Counted from the first letter of the stretch, positions 28,144 to 36,287 are shown. The stretch: DNA of 55,386 nt from Azospirillum sp. 51_20 (GCA_963600185.1 CAVCAF010000001.1:1-55386), one strand, 5' to 3'. The notes: generated by a model from the sequence alone, not told the origin. Numbers and translations: made by a program.

Positions 28144-28331
28144 GGGTACCCGCTCGCGCCGTCTTTCGCGTCATCTTGGGCTACTTTCCAAAACCTTGTC
28201 AAGTTTTTTTTAAAACTTTTTTCACCTGTGATGGGTAGAAAATGGCACTTAGCCATCTTCGCGTTTTTCGCACCCAAACTCACTGCGGAATTCGCGTCCA
28301 AACCGCGGCACTTACCGCGGCAGATTGGCAA

Positions 28332-28400
28332 GGGGCGGGGAAGGGTGGCAAAAGTGGGGGTTTTGGGGTGGCTAAAAACCCGATTTTGGGTGTTTTGGGG
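28332..28400 (+). other. G-run cluster with T4G4-like units (potential G-quadruplex)
   Basis: GGGG-C-GGGG-AA-GGG ... GGGGGTTTTGGGG ... GATTTTGGG-TGTTTTGGGGG. Confidence 0.6.
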
Positions 28401-28699
28401 GTGCGGAGAGGTGTCCGTCGGCGAGATCAAGATTTAAAATGCCATAATCGGTGACTAGGAGGCTCGTATTGCGCTTGGAAGGGTTCGGATGTGGGAGGAT
28501 ACACCCCAAAGCGAGGAGCCCCTAAAATCGAAAATTTTCGGGGTGTCTGGCGATTAGGCATTTTGGACGGATTTCGTCCGCGGCAAAATCGCGGCATTTC
28601 CGCGGCGTTTTGGAGGCTAAAAACCGTGCTTTTGGCAGTCAGGTTTCGGGCAAGTAAGCTAATAGCCCCAACTGTCCAACTGTAAAAATAACTAAAAAA

Positions 28700-28938
28700 A
28701 TGCTGTGTGCGTGTGTTTTGTGTGGGGCTGTTAGGCTGTTAACTGTTAAAAAACAACAAAAAATGGCTGTGTGTGTTGTTTTTGTGGATGCTTGGGTGTT
28801 TGTCGTAGGTGAAAGGAAGGTTAGTTTCTCGTTTTCGTTTTCGCTCGGCTAGGGGGTGAGGGGGGTCACAACAACACACACACAACATAAGTGTCGTTTT
28901 GGACAACAACAGTTGGACAAAACACACGCACACAACAT
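28700..28938. repeat. long imperfect inverted repeat, GT-rich arm and CA-rich arm
   Basis: TGTGTGCGTGTGTTTTGT (28705-28722) is exactly complementary to ACAAAACACACGCACACA (28917-28934). CTGTGTGTGTTGTTTTTGTGG (28767-28787) roughly matches CACAACAACACACACACAAC (28867-28886). Confidence 0.85.
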
Positions 28939-29050
28939 TTCTTTCTATTTCTTTTTTATTTTCTTCTTCTTGCTTTCTCTTTAAAGGGGTCTGGGGGAAC
29001 CTTTCTCTTTCATTCGTCTTCTTTGTTTTTTTCTTTTTCTTTCTTGCCCT
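28939..29050 (+). repeat. approx 110-nt polypyrimidine (CT-rich) low-complexity tract
   Basis: TTTCTTTCTATTTCTTTTTTATTTTCTTCTTCTTGCTTTCTCTTT ... CTTTCTCTTTCATTCGTCTTCTTTGTTTTTTTCTTTTTCTTTCTTGCCCTC. Confidence 0.85.
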
Positions 29051-29295
29051 CAAAAAGCGTCTTCTCTAGCCCCTCCAGAGTGCTCGCCTCGGGGTCGCTT
29101 GGGGTGGCTTTGGGGATTCAGAAGGGTGGCTTAGGGTGCCTTCGGGCGGGCGCGGCGATTTCCGCGGCGAACCTTTTGGGTAGCGTTAAGGGGTGAAAAA
29201 GGGTGCTCCAAAAAAAGTTTTAGGGGCTTCAAAAATTGGCGTTTGGAAACTTAAAATGAAAAATGCAGTTGCCGAAAATTAGTTGAAAAATCCTA

Positions 29296-29325
29296 TTGAC
29301 CCGGCACACCGAAATATGGTATAAT
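29296..29325 (+). promoter_or_regulatory. tRNA-Val promoter (TTGACC-N18-TATAAT, TATGGTATAAT) with upstream A-tract region
   Basis: The -35 lies at 29296-29301 and the -10 at 29320-29325. Multiple A5-7 tracts lie between 29196 and 29290. Confidence 0.75.
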
Positions 29326-29341
29326 ATTCGCCAATTAGCAA

Positions 29342-29418
29342 GGGCTATTAGCTCAGTTGGTTAGAGCGCTTCCTTGACATGGAAGAGGTCAGTAGTTCGA
29401 ATCTACTATAGCCCACCA
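29342..29418 (+). tRNA. tRNA-Val (anticodon GAC), CCA encoded
   Basis: The cloverleaf was folded by hand. The acceptor stem is GGGCTAT/ATAGCCC, the D-arm is GCTC-AGTTGGTTA-GAGC, the anticodon stem is CTTCC/GGAAG with loop TTGACAT, and the T-arm is AGTAG-TTCGAAT-CTACT. Confidence 0.92.
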
Positions 29419-29445
29419 TTCCCCACCCGAAACTCCAACCCTAAC

Positions 29446-29512
29446 CTTGTTGTTGCCTTAGTGCCATGCTCGTTGTTGCCCTCGTGCCATTGCCTTGTTG
29501 TTGCCCTGTCCC
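29446..29512. repeat. three tandem 23-24-nt units (C.TGTTGTTGCC.T.GTGCCAT)
   Basis: The units start at about 29446, 29469 and 29493, immediately 3' of tRNA-Val. Confidence 0.75.
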
Positions 29513-29612
29513 AACTATAACCTAGTACAACGCTAAGCGCGGGGGTGGTCACGCGAGGGGAGTGAAAATCTTTGATTTTAGTGAGATTCTTCTCCGAAAG
29601 AGGCTCTATTTT

Positions 29613-29621
29613 TGATATAAT
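29613..29621 (+). promoter_or_regulatory. extended -10 promoter TGATATAAT
   Basis: The hexamer lies at 29616-29621. An ATG follows 7 nt downstream (29629) and opens a 9-codon mini-ORF that ends in an ATGA overlap with the next gene. Confidence 0.5.
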
Positions 29622-29654
29622 ATAAGGGATGAAAAGTACGAGAGAGAAAGAAGG

Positions 29655-30656
29655 ATGAAAAAGGCGACAAGATTCCGTGCGGTCGTCCTCGCGGGCGGCA
29701 GTGGCGAGCGGTTTTGGCCGCTTTCGACGAAAGAGAAGCCCAAGCAATTTTTGAATGTGTTTGGGGGCGTGAGTCTTTTGCGTCAGAGTGTGACGCGGCT
29801 AGAGAAGTTGGCGACGCCTGAGGGACTCTATGTCATCACGGCGAAGGATCTCGTAGGGTTAACGCGCAAGGAGCTCCCCGAAGTGCCACCGCGGCAGATT
29901 GTGGGCGAGCCGTTCCGTCGTGATACGGGAGCTGCGATTGCACTGGGGACGGGACTTGCGGGCGCGGCAAATGATGATGTCATCGGCTTTTTCGCGAGCG
30001 ACCATCTTATCCGTAATGAGCATGCCTTTCTCGCGACAGTCAAAAAGGCGATTCGCCTCGCCGCGGCAAAAGAGAAGATTGTCGTTATTGGGATACCCCC
30101 AACATGGGGATCGCCTGCGTTTGGGTATGTGGACCCAAAGACGGGTGCATTCGTTGAGAAGCCCGACGCGAAGAAGGCGAAGCAATATTTAAAGAAGGGC
30201 TACTTGTGGAATGCGGGGCTTTTCATTGCGCGTGCAAGCGTCTTTCGTGCCGCGATCGCGGCGTATGCGCCCGCGTTGAAGCCTTTAACGGAAAGTGCCG
30301 CGTTTTCTGCTGCACGCCTCGCGCGACTGTATGAGCCGTTGCCGCGGATTTCGTTTGATTATGCGGTGATGGAGAAGTCCGTTAATGTCGCGGTTATTCG
30401 TGGGGACTTCGGCTGGGACGATGTGGGCGGCTTTCAGGCGTTCGATCGCTACTTCCCGCACGACAAGAAGGGCAACGTGCGCGAGGGGCCTTGCCGCGTC
30501 GTTTCCTCGGCGGGGAATATTTGCGTCGTGAGAGGGGCGCCCATTTCGCTTTTGGGAGTCTCCAATCTCGTCGTCATAACAACGCCCCAAGGCGTGCTCG
30601 TCGCGAATAAGCGTCACCTCTCGGATATGAAGAAACTCTTTCAGACGACCTCGTAA
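29655..30656 (+). CDS. mannose-1-phosphate guanylyltransferase (nucleotidyltransferase domain only)
   Basis: AVVLAGGSGERFWPLS is the N-terminal signature, and FASDH and WNAGLF motifs are present. At 333 aa it has no PMI/cupin domain. Confidence 0.8.
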   Translation: MKKATRFRAVVLAGGSGERFWPLSTKEKPKQFLNVFGGVSLLRQSVTRLEKLATPEGLYVITAKDLVGLTRKELPEVPPRQIVGEPFRRDTGAAIALGTGLAGAANDDVIGFFASDHLIRNEHAFLATVKKAIRLAAAKEKIVVIGIPPTWGSPAFGYVDPKTGAFVEKPDAKKAKQYLKKGYLWNAGLFIARASVFRAAIAAYAPALKPLTESAAFSAARLARLYEPLPRISFDYAVMEKSVNVAVIRGDFGWDDVGGFQAFDRYFPHDKKGNVREGPCRVVSSAGNICVVRGAPISLLGVSNLVVITTPQGVLVANKRHLSDMKKLFQTTS

Positions 30657-30670
30657 GATAAGAAGAAACA

Positions 30671-31426
30671 GTGAAGCGCAAGTATAAAGTCCGTATAGCC
30701 TATGATGGCACAGCCTACGCGGGGTGGCAGGCGCAGGAGAACGCGCTCGGCATCCAGCAGGTCGTGGAGGAGGCGCTCGCCTATTTGGAGGGGAGTCCCG
30801 TGCGTCTTTATGGGAGTTCGCGTACGGATGCAGGCGTTCACGCCAAGGGCTTCGTTGCCCACTTCTATCTCACGAAGCCGATTCCGCCCACGAATCTCGT
30901 GCGGGCACTCAATGCACGCCTCCCAGAAGCGATTCGCATTCTTCGCGCGGCATATGCGAAAGAGTCCTTCGACGCACGGCTCTCGGCGAAAGGTAAGGAA
31001 TATCGCTATCAACTTTATCAAGGCGAGATTGAGCCGCCTGACCTCGTGCCGTATTGGACATACTGTCATCGGGTGCTTGATTTGGAAGCAATGCGCCGCG
31101 CCGCCAGTTATTTCGTGGGGGCGCACGACTTCGTTTCGTTCGCCGCCAATCCCGACCGCGTCCTAGAGACGACGGTACGGACGATATTCTCGTTTGACAT
31201 CAAGAAGGTGGGCCCGCGCTACACCTTCATTGTAAGAGGCGACGGCTTCCTTTATAAGCAGGTGCGTTCCATGGTCGGCTTCTTGTTGAGTGTCGGACGC
31301 GGGAAAGAGAAGCCCGAGGCTGTGAAGGAACTTCTCGCAGCACATGCGCCGCGGACGGCGCGTGTTGAGACGGCTCCCGCGCGGGGGTTGTTTCTTTGGA
31401 AAGTATTTTATAAGAAAGTAATTTAA
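30671..31426 (+). CDS. truA: tRNA pseudouridine(38-40) synthase
   Basis: YDGTAYAGWQ and SSRTDAGVHA (catalytic Asp) are present. The start is GTG. Confidence 0.92.
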   Translation: MKRKYKVRIAYDGTAYAGWQAQENALGIQQVVEEALAYLEGSPVRLYGSSRTDAGVHAKGFVAHFYLTKPIPPTNLVRALNARLPEAIRILRAAYAKESFDARLSAKGKEYRYQLYQGEIEPPDLVPYWTYCHRVLDLEAMRRAASYFVGAHDFVSFAANPDRVLETTVRTIFSFDIKKVGPRYTFIVRGDGFLYKQVRSMVGFLLSVGRGKEKPEAVKELLAAHAPRTARVETAPARGLFLWKVFYKKVI

Positions 31427-31430
31427 GATT

Positions 31431-32510
31431 ATGCTCTATCATCTCTCATTCTACCTACAACAATTTTGGGGACCCTTTCGGCTTCTCCAATCCCACGCAC
31501 TTTTGCTCGTCGGGGGTGCTTTTTGTGCCGCGCTCCTCGTCGTCTTTCTTTTGCCGCGGCTCTGGGATCTACTGCCGCGCGATAGGGGCAAGGTCATCCT
31601 GTGCGACATGGGCGGCATGACTTCGAAAGGTAAGCCGACAGGCGCGGGGATTATCGTCACCTTGCTCGCAATGCCCATAATCATACTCTTTGTTCCGCTT
31701 GATTGGTGGGACGCGCTCACGGTCGTTTTCATCTATATCGCCATGCTTTTCGGCTACCTCGACGATCGTGCCGCGGTGCCGTGGGGAGAACTTAAGAAGG
31801 GACTTTTGGATGGTGTCGTCTCGCTCGGCATCGCCTACTGTATCGCGAAGGGACACTCCACGCTCGTGTGGCTACCGTTCGTGAAAGGCATGTGGACGAT
31901 CCCGATGGCGGTTTATGTGCCCTGCGCGGCGTTTATGCTCTGGTTTACGATGAACGCCACGAACTGTTCGGACGGCGTAGATGGGCTCGCGGGGTCGCTG
32001 ACGGTTATTGCGCTCGTCATGCTCGCGGTCATGCTTTATGTGGTCATCGGCTACAAACCAATCGCGCACTACTTCCTTTTACCGTGCAACCCCGATGCCG
32101 CGCGGTGGGCAATTCTCGTCATGATAATTGCGGGCGCGTTCGGGGGCTACTTATGGTATAACGCTGAGCCTTCCAAAATCCTCATGGGCGACGGGGGAAG
32201 TCGCTTCTTAGGTATCCTCGTGGGCGCGGCAGTTCTCGTCACAGGCAATCCCTTTCTCGTACTCGTCTTCTCGCCTATCGTCCTCGTAAATGGCGGGGGG
32301 GGGCTCGCGAAGCTTGTCCTTTTAAGAGTCGCGCGTAAAATGGGACGCGAGTTTGACGAGAACTCGCCCATTCGGCGCTTGCGCTTCCCCTTGCATGACC
32401 ACTGCAAGAAGAACCTTAAATGGTCCAATGCTCAAGTTCTCATGCGGTTCATACTCCTGCAACTTATCGTTATGCCGCTCCTCTTTATCCTGCTCGTGAA
32501 GATTCGCTAA
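31431..32510 (+). CDS. MraY-like polyprenyl-phosphate sugar-phosphate transferase (GT4 family), divergent
   Basis: It is a multi-TM protein. NATNCSDGVDGLAG, MGDGGSRFLG and KGKPTGAG (compare K.GTPTMGG) are present, and FPLHDH sits where MraY has PxHHH. It is not in a dcw cluster. Confidence 0.65.
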   Translation: MLYHLSFYLQQFWGPFRLLQSHALLLVGGAFCAALLVVFLLPRLWDLLPRDRGKVILCDMGGMTSKGKPTGAGIIVTLLAMPIIILFVPLDWWDALTVVFIYIAMLFGYLDDRAAVPWGELKKGLLDGVVSLGIAYCIAKGHSTLVWLPFVKGMWTIPMAVYVPCAAFMLWFTMNATNCSDGVDGLAGSLTVIALVMLAVMLYVVIGYKPIAHYFLLPCNPDAARWAILVMIIAGAFGGYLWYNAEPSKILMGDGGSRFLGILVGAAVLVTGNPFLVLVFSPIVLVNGGGGLAKLVLLRVARKMGREFDENSPIRRLRFPLHDHCKKNLKWSNAQVLMRFILLQLIVMPLLFILLVKIR

Positions 32511-33443
32511 ATGTTCGTTGCCGCGCTTATATTCGCCGCGACCTTGACGCGTGCAGAAATTATTGAGCGAATGCGGGCACCTGTGCTCACGAAGGTGCAG
32601 GGGCTTGTGCAGGTCATTGCCGAGTGCCCGAGCGATATGCGCCGCGAATATCAAGCGTCCGTAGCGGGTTTCGCCGCGACGATTTGCAATGAACTTTATC
32701 GCGGCTACCGTGAGCAACCGCGGCGCTTTACGGCAAGCCCCCTCACGATTGTAATCGGCGAGGAGCGCACAAATAATGCCGCGGTCGTGACGCACATCGA
32801 GAAAGTGAAAGATGAAGTGCCGCGCACGCGCCTTTATTTGCCCGCGCCTGGCTTTACGAACCTTGAGAAGCTCCAAGCCGAAGTCATCAAGGCGTTTATG
32901 CGATCCGTTAAAGGTAAGGAGCTAACGGACGCGGAAGCGGTGGAGTTTTATACGAACCTCGACCCGGCGCGGCGTGCGGCGAATGAGGAGAGGGAACTTG
33001 AGAAGTGGAAGCGCGGCGAAAAGACAAGCCTTAGTGACGAGGAGGCACTGACCCTTATGCGCAAGGTGCTTTTACCAGGCATGGCGAGCGTGAATGATGT
33101 GCTTACTTTCGCAAGCCGCCTTAGGCTCTATGCCCTAACCTTTGATACGCCGTACTTAGGTAAATACGCCTACGTCACTTACGCGGAAGCAATAGACATC
33201 GCCGACATTGACCCCCGCGTACGCTTCGCCGCGTTTAATCGTGCCCCTTTGCTCGTCGCCTATTCGGGTGGACGCAGTGAGGAGCTCGCCGCCGCAGGGA
33301 AGGCATATAGCGACTTTCTCTTCGCGCTTGCACGCTTTACGGACACCAAAGAAGCGCTCCATAAACAACTCGAAGAAGCCGATTTAAAACTCAATATAGC
33401 ACTTGAAAAAGCGCGTAAAGCGCAGAAAGGTAATGAGCCATGA
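32511..33443 (+). CDS. hypothetical protein (possible short signal peptide)
   Basis: The long ORF is tightly coupled to its neighbours (TAAATG upstream, ATGA downstream). I recognise no motif. Confidence 0.55.
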   Translation: MFVAALIFAATLTRAEIIERMRAPVLTKVQGLVQVIAECPSDMRREYQASVAGFAATICNELYRGYREQPRRFTASPLTIVIGEERTNNAAVVTHIEKVKDEVPRTRLYLPAPGFTNLEKLQAEVIKAFMRSVKGKELTDAEAVEFYTNLDPARRAANEERELEKWKRGEKTSLSDEEALTLMRKVLLPGMASVNDVLTFASRLRLYALTFDTPYLGKYAYVTYAEAIDIADIDPRVRFAAFNRAPLLVAYSGGRSEELAAAGKAYSDFLFALARFTDTKEALHKQLEEADLKLNIALEKARKAQKGNEP

Positions 33444-34837
33444 ATCCACATGCCATACGGACAACGAAGAAAACGATAACGGATAACACAATCGACCCCG
33501 ACATCCTCGCTTATACGGTTGGGGACGATCCGCAACTCGACTTGCGCCTCGCGGTTTGGGACTGCATGGGGACGGCGGCGCATGTGACGATGCTCTCTGA
33601 AATGCCGCTCCAAAAGCCCATTATTACGCGGCTAGAAGCGACAAAAATCCGTCGGGAACTCGGGCGTATCGCGGAGTCTGCTGAGAAGGGCGAGTTTGAG
33701 ATAAAAGTCGAAGACCAAGATGTCCATATGGCGGTTGAGCGCATTTTAACGGAGCGGCTCGGGGACTTAGGCAAGAAAGTCCATACGGGGCGCTCGCGTA
33801 ATGACCAAGTCGCGGTTGATGTACGGCTTCACATGCGTAGCGAGCTTCTCGAAATTATGGATTCTACGCGCGAACTTGGTTCCGCACTCGATAATCTCGG
33901 TAGGAAGTATTGCCTTGGGCGCGTCAATAAAGCCGTGCCTCTCGTGGGGCGCACCCACATGCAACCCGCCATGCCCTCGAGCGTGGAAGTTTGGGCGACG
34001 GGGCATGAAGAGATGATTCTCGACCAAAATGAAAACTTAGAGGCGGCATTTCGCCTCATTAACCGCAATCCGCTCGGGAGCGCGGCGGGGTATGGGGTGC
34101 CGCTACCGCTCAACCGTAAACGGACGACGGAGCTCCTCGGGTTCGAGTCCACGATTCACAATGTCTTTGGGGCATCTATGGCACGCGGCGAATGTGAGGC
34201 GGCACTTCTTTCGGCATTGGCGCAACTTATGACGGTTCTCTCACGCCTTGCCCAAGACATGATCCTCTTTTCCATGCCTGAGTTTGGCTACTTTAAACTG
34301 CCGCGGGAGTTCTGCACAGGCTCCTCGATTATGCCCCAGAAGTTTAATCCCGATGTTCTGGAGCTCGTCCGTTCTAAGACGGCGCAGGTACTCGGACTCC
34401 AAACCGCGTCACTTTCGCTCCTCCACGCTATGCCAGGCGGATATAATCGCGATTTGCAAGATTGCAAGGGGCTTTACATGAAGGGACTCGATATTACCAA
34501 ATCCACCCTTCGTATTCTGACGCGGGTCGTTGAGGGACTCGAGATTGACGAGAAGAGTTGCCGCGCGGCATTTACGCCAGGCGTTTTCGCGACGGATGCC
34601 GCGCTCAGGTTAGTGGCTAAGGGCAAGCCGTGGCGCGACGCCTACCATGAAGTGCGTGACCACCTCGAGCGGCTTGTGGATGAAGATCCAGATGAGGCAA
34701 TTAAGGCGAAGACCCATGAAGGTGCTACGGCAGGTATTGACCATGTCTACTATAGTAAGCGCCTCGCGAAGATGTTCTCCGCCCATATGGATCGCTTTAA
34801 TATCGTTAGAAAGTGCCAAAGGGCTCTCTTTAGATGA
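33440..34837 (+). CDS. argH: argininosuccinate lyase
   Basis: HTGRSRNDQV and GSSIMPQKFNPD are the fumarate-lyase signatures. Confidence 0.9.
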   Translation: MNPHAIRTTKKTITDNTIDPDILAYTVGDDPQLDLRLAVWDCMGTAAHVTMLSEMPLQKPIITRLEATKIRRELGRIAESAEKGEFEIKVEDQDVHMAVERILTERLGDLGKKVHTGRSRNDQVAVDVRLHMRSELLEIMDSTRELGSALDNLGRKYCLGRVNKAVPLVGRTHMQPAMPSSVEVWATGHEEMILDQNENLEAAFRLINRNPLGSAAGYGVPLPLNRKRTTELLGFESTIHNVFGASMARGECEAALLSALAQLMTVLSRLAQDMILFSMPEFGYFKLPREFCTGSSIMPQKFNPDVLELVRSKTAQVLGLQTASLSLLHAMPGGYNRDLQDCKGLYMKGLDITKSTLRILTRVVEGLEIDEKSCRAAFTPGVFATDAALRLVAKGKPWRDAYHEVRDHLERLVDEDPDEAIKAKTHEGATAGIDHVYYSKRLAKMFSAHMDRFNIVRKCQRALFR

Positions 34838-35562
34838 GTTTAGCGCTGCTAGAAGCGAATAATTTACGCGTCAGCTACGGTAAGTTCGAAGCCGTGAAGG
34901 GGGTATCGTTTACTCTCAAGCGCGGCGAAATTGTGGGGATTGTCGGCGAATCGGGTTCGGGTAAGTCGACAATCGCCCGCGCAATTATGGGGCTGAATCC
35001 GCCCTCGGGTGGGGAACTTATTAATCGCGCGGCGGGTGTGCAGATGGTTTTTCAGGACGCGGTAGGCTCGCTTAACCCCCGCATGACAACGCGGCAAACG
35101 CTAAGGGAAATCCTAAAAGTAAAGCGCAATCCCGCCTCTCCCGAGGGACTTTTAAGCCGCGTCGGGCTTTCCACCGCCGTACTGGAGCAGTATCCGCGCG
35201 AAATGTCGGGGGGACAGTGCCAGCGCGTTTCTATTGCCCGCGCCTTGGCGTGCCGTCCAGAGGTGCTTGTCGCCGATGAACCCGTTTCCGCCTTGGATGT
35301 CTCGGTTCAGGCACGGGTACTGAATCTCCTAAGAGACTTACGCAATGAATCGGGGCTCGCGATTCTACTTATTGCCCACGACTTAGCCGTCGTAAAGAAT
35401 GTCTGCGACACGATTTATGTTATGCATAAGGGGGTGTTCGTGGACTCTGGCGCGGCAGAAGAAGTCTTCGCCCACCCTAAAAGCGACTATACGCGGCACT
35501 TATTAGAAGTTGTCCCTGATGTTGAACGCGCCCTCGCCGAACGCGAAAAAGGCTTATCGTGA
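34834..35562 (+). CDS. ABC transporter ATP-binding protein (DppF/OppF-like), orphan
   Basis: Walker A is GESGSGKST, the signature is MSGGQCQR, and Walker B is LVADEP. No permease or binding-protein genes lie nearby. Confidence 0.85.
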   Translation: MSLALLEANNLRVSYGKFEAVKGVSFTLKRGEIVGIVGESGSGKSTIARAIMGLNPPSGGELINRAAGVQMVFQDAVGSLNPRMTTRQTLREILKVKRNPASPEGLLSRVGLSTAVLEQYPREMSGGQCQRVSIARALACRPEVLVADEPVSALDVSVQARVLNLLRDLRNESGLAILLIAHDLAVVKNVCDTIYVMHKGVFVDSGAAEEVFAHPKSDYTRHLLEVVPDVERALAEREKGLS

Positions 35563-36287
35563 ACCGCATACTCTTTGAGAAGGACGAAATTAAGGGCGGC
35601 GTTGCCACTATTGGCGGCGTGCGGGCGGAGCATATCCTAAATGTCCTTCATGGCGAGGTCGGGCAGATTCTCAAGACAGGTGAAGTGGACGGCTTTCTTG
35701 GAACGGGAGAGATAACGGCAATTGCCGCGGGGGAAGTGACGGTAAAGTTGACCCACACGACCCCAAGCCCCCAACCGTGGATAGATCTTATACTCGCCCC
35801 ACCGCGTCCGCGTGCCCTAAAGCGGCTTTTGCCCCAACTCGCGTCCCTTGGGGTTGGGCGCATTGTCCTCGTGGGGGCAAAAAAAGTAGAGAAGGACTTC
35901 TGGGGCGCGACCTTATTAAAGGAAGAGAATTACCGTCCGTTATTTGTGGAAGGGCTGATGCAGGCGGGGACGACGATTTTGCCGCGGCTGGAGGTTAGGC
36001 GCAATTACCGTAAGTTCCTAAAAGAGGAACTAAACGCGGCGTTTCCGTCCAGTTTAAGGATTGTGGCGCATCCGGGTGCGGCGGAGGGCGATAGACTTTG
36101 TCCCTTGCCCAAGGATAAGCGACCTCTTTTGGCAGTGGGTCCCGAGGGCGGGTGGACGGATAGCGAAGTCGCGGAACTTGAGGTGGCAGGGTTCGCACGC
36201 TATTCGCTTGGGACGCGCATTTTGCGCACGGATACAGCCCTCATCGCGCTTTTGGCGCAATTACAGCTTTTAACTGGGAATCTTTGA
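35559..36287 (+). CDS. rsmE: 16S rRNA (uracil1498-N3)-methyltransferase
   Basis: An RsmE-like PUA N-terminus is present, with GPEGGWTDSEV and LGTRILRTDTA. The start is GTG. Confidence 0.85.
   Translation: MNRILFEKDEIKGGVATIGGVRAEHILNVLHGEVGQILKTGEVDGFLGTGEITAIAAGEVTVKLTHTTPSPQPWIDLILAPPRPRALKRLLPQLASLGVGRIVLVGAKKVEKDFWGATLLKEENYRPLFVEGLMQAGTTILPRLEVRRNYRKFLKEELNAAFPSSLRIVAHPGAAEGDRLCPLPKDKRPLLAVGPEGGWTDSEVAELEVAGFARYSLGTRILRTDTALIALLAQLQLLTGNL

Noticed and set aside
27799-28437. 212-aa + strand ORF at the start of the 1.5-kb noncoding region
   Set aside because: Its 5' end overlaps the start codon and promoter of the divergent RgpF-like gene. Its sequence is built from the REP-like units and the 45-nt tandem repeat (VVPLGSAA.., RRGW.SYW / RRGWQFYW), it is W/R-rich, and it has no RBS. 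It is most likely a repeat-generated ORF.
28739-29053. 104-aa minus-strand ORF (K/E/R-rich), and the 101-aa + ORF at 28891..29196
   Set aside because: Both are translations of the polypyrimidine or polypurine tract and the CA/GT repeat. The composition is extremely low in complexity.
27832-29341. Replication origin (oriC) or prophage att/integrative island at tRNA-Val
   Set aside because: I found no consensus DnaA boxes (TTATCCACA or its complement), only a loose TGTGGATGC, and no dnaA or dnaN nearby. There is no integrase or phage gene, and the odd region lies 5' of the tRNA, whereas islands normally integrate at the 3' end.
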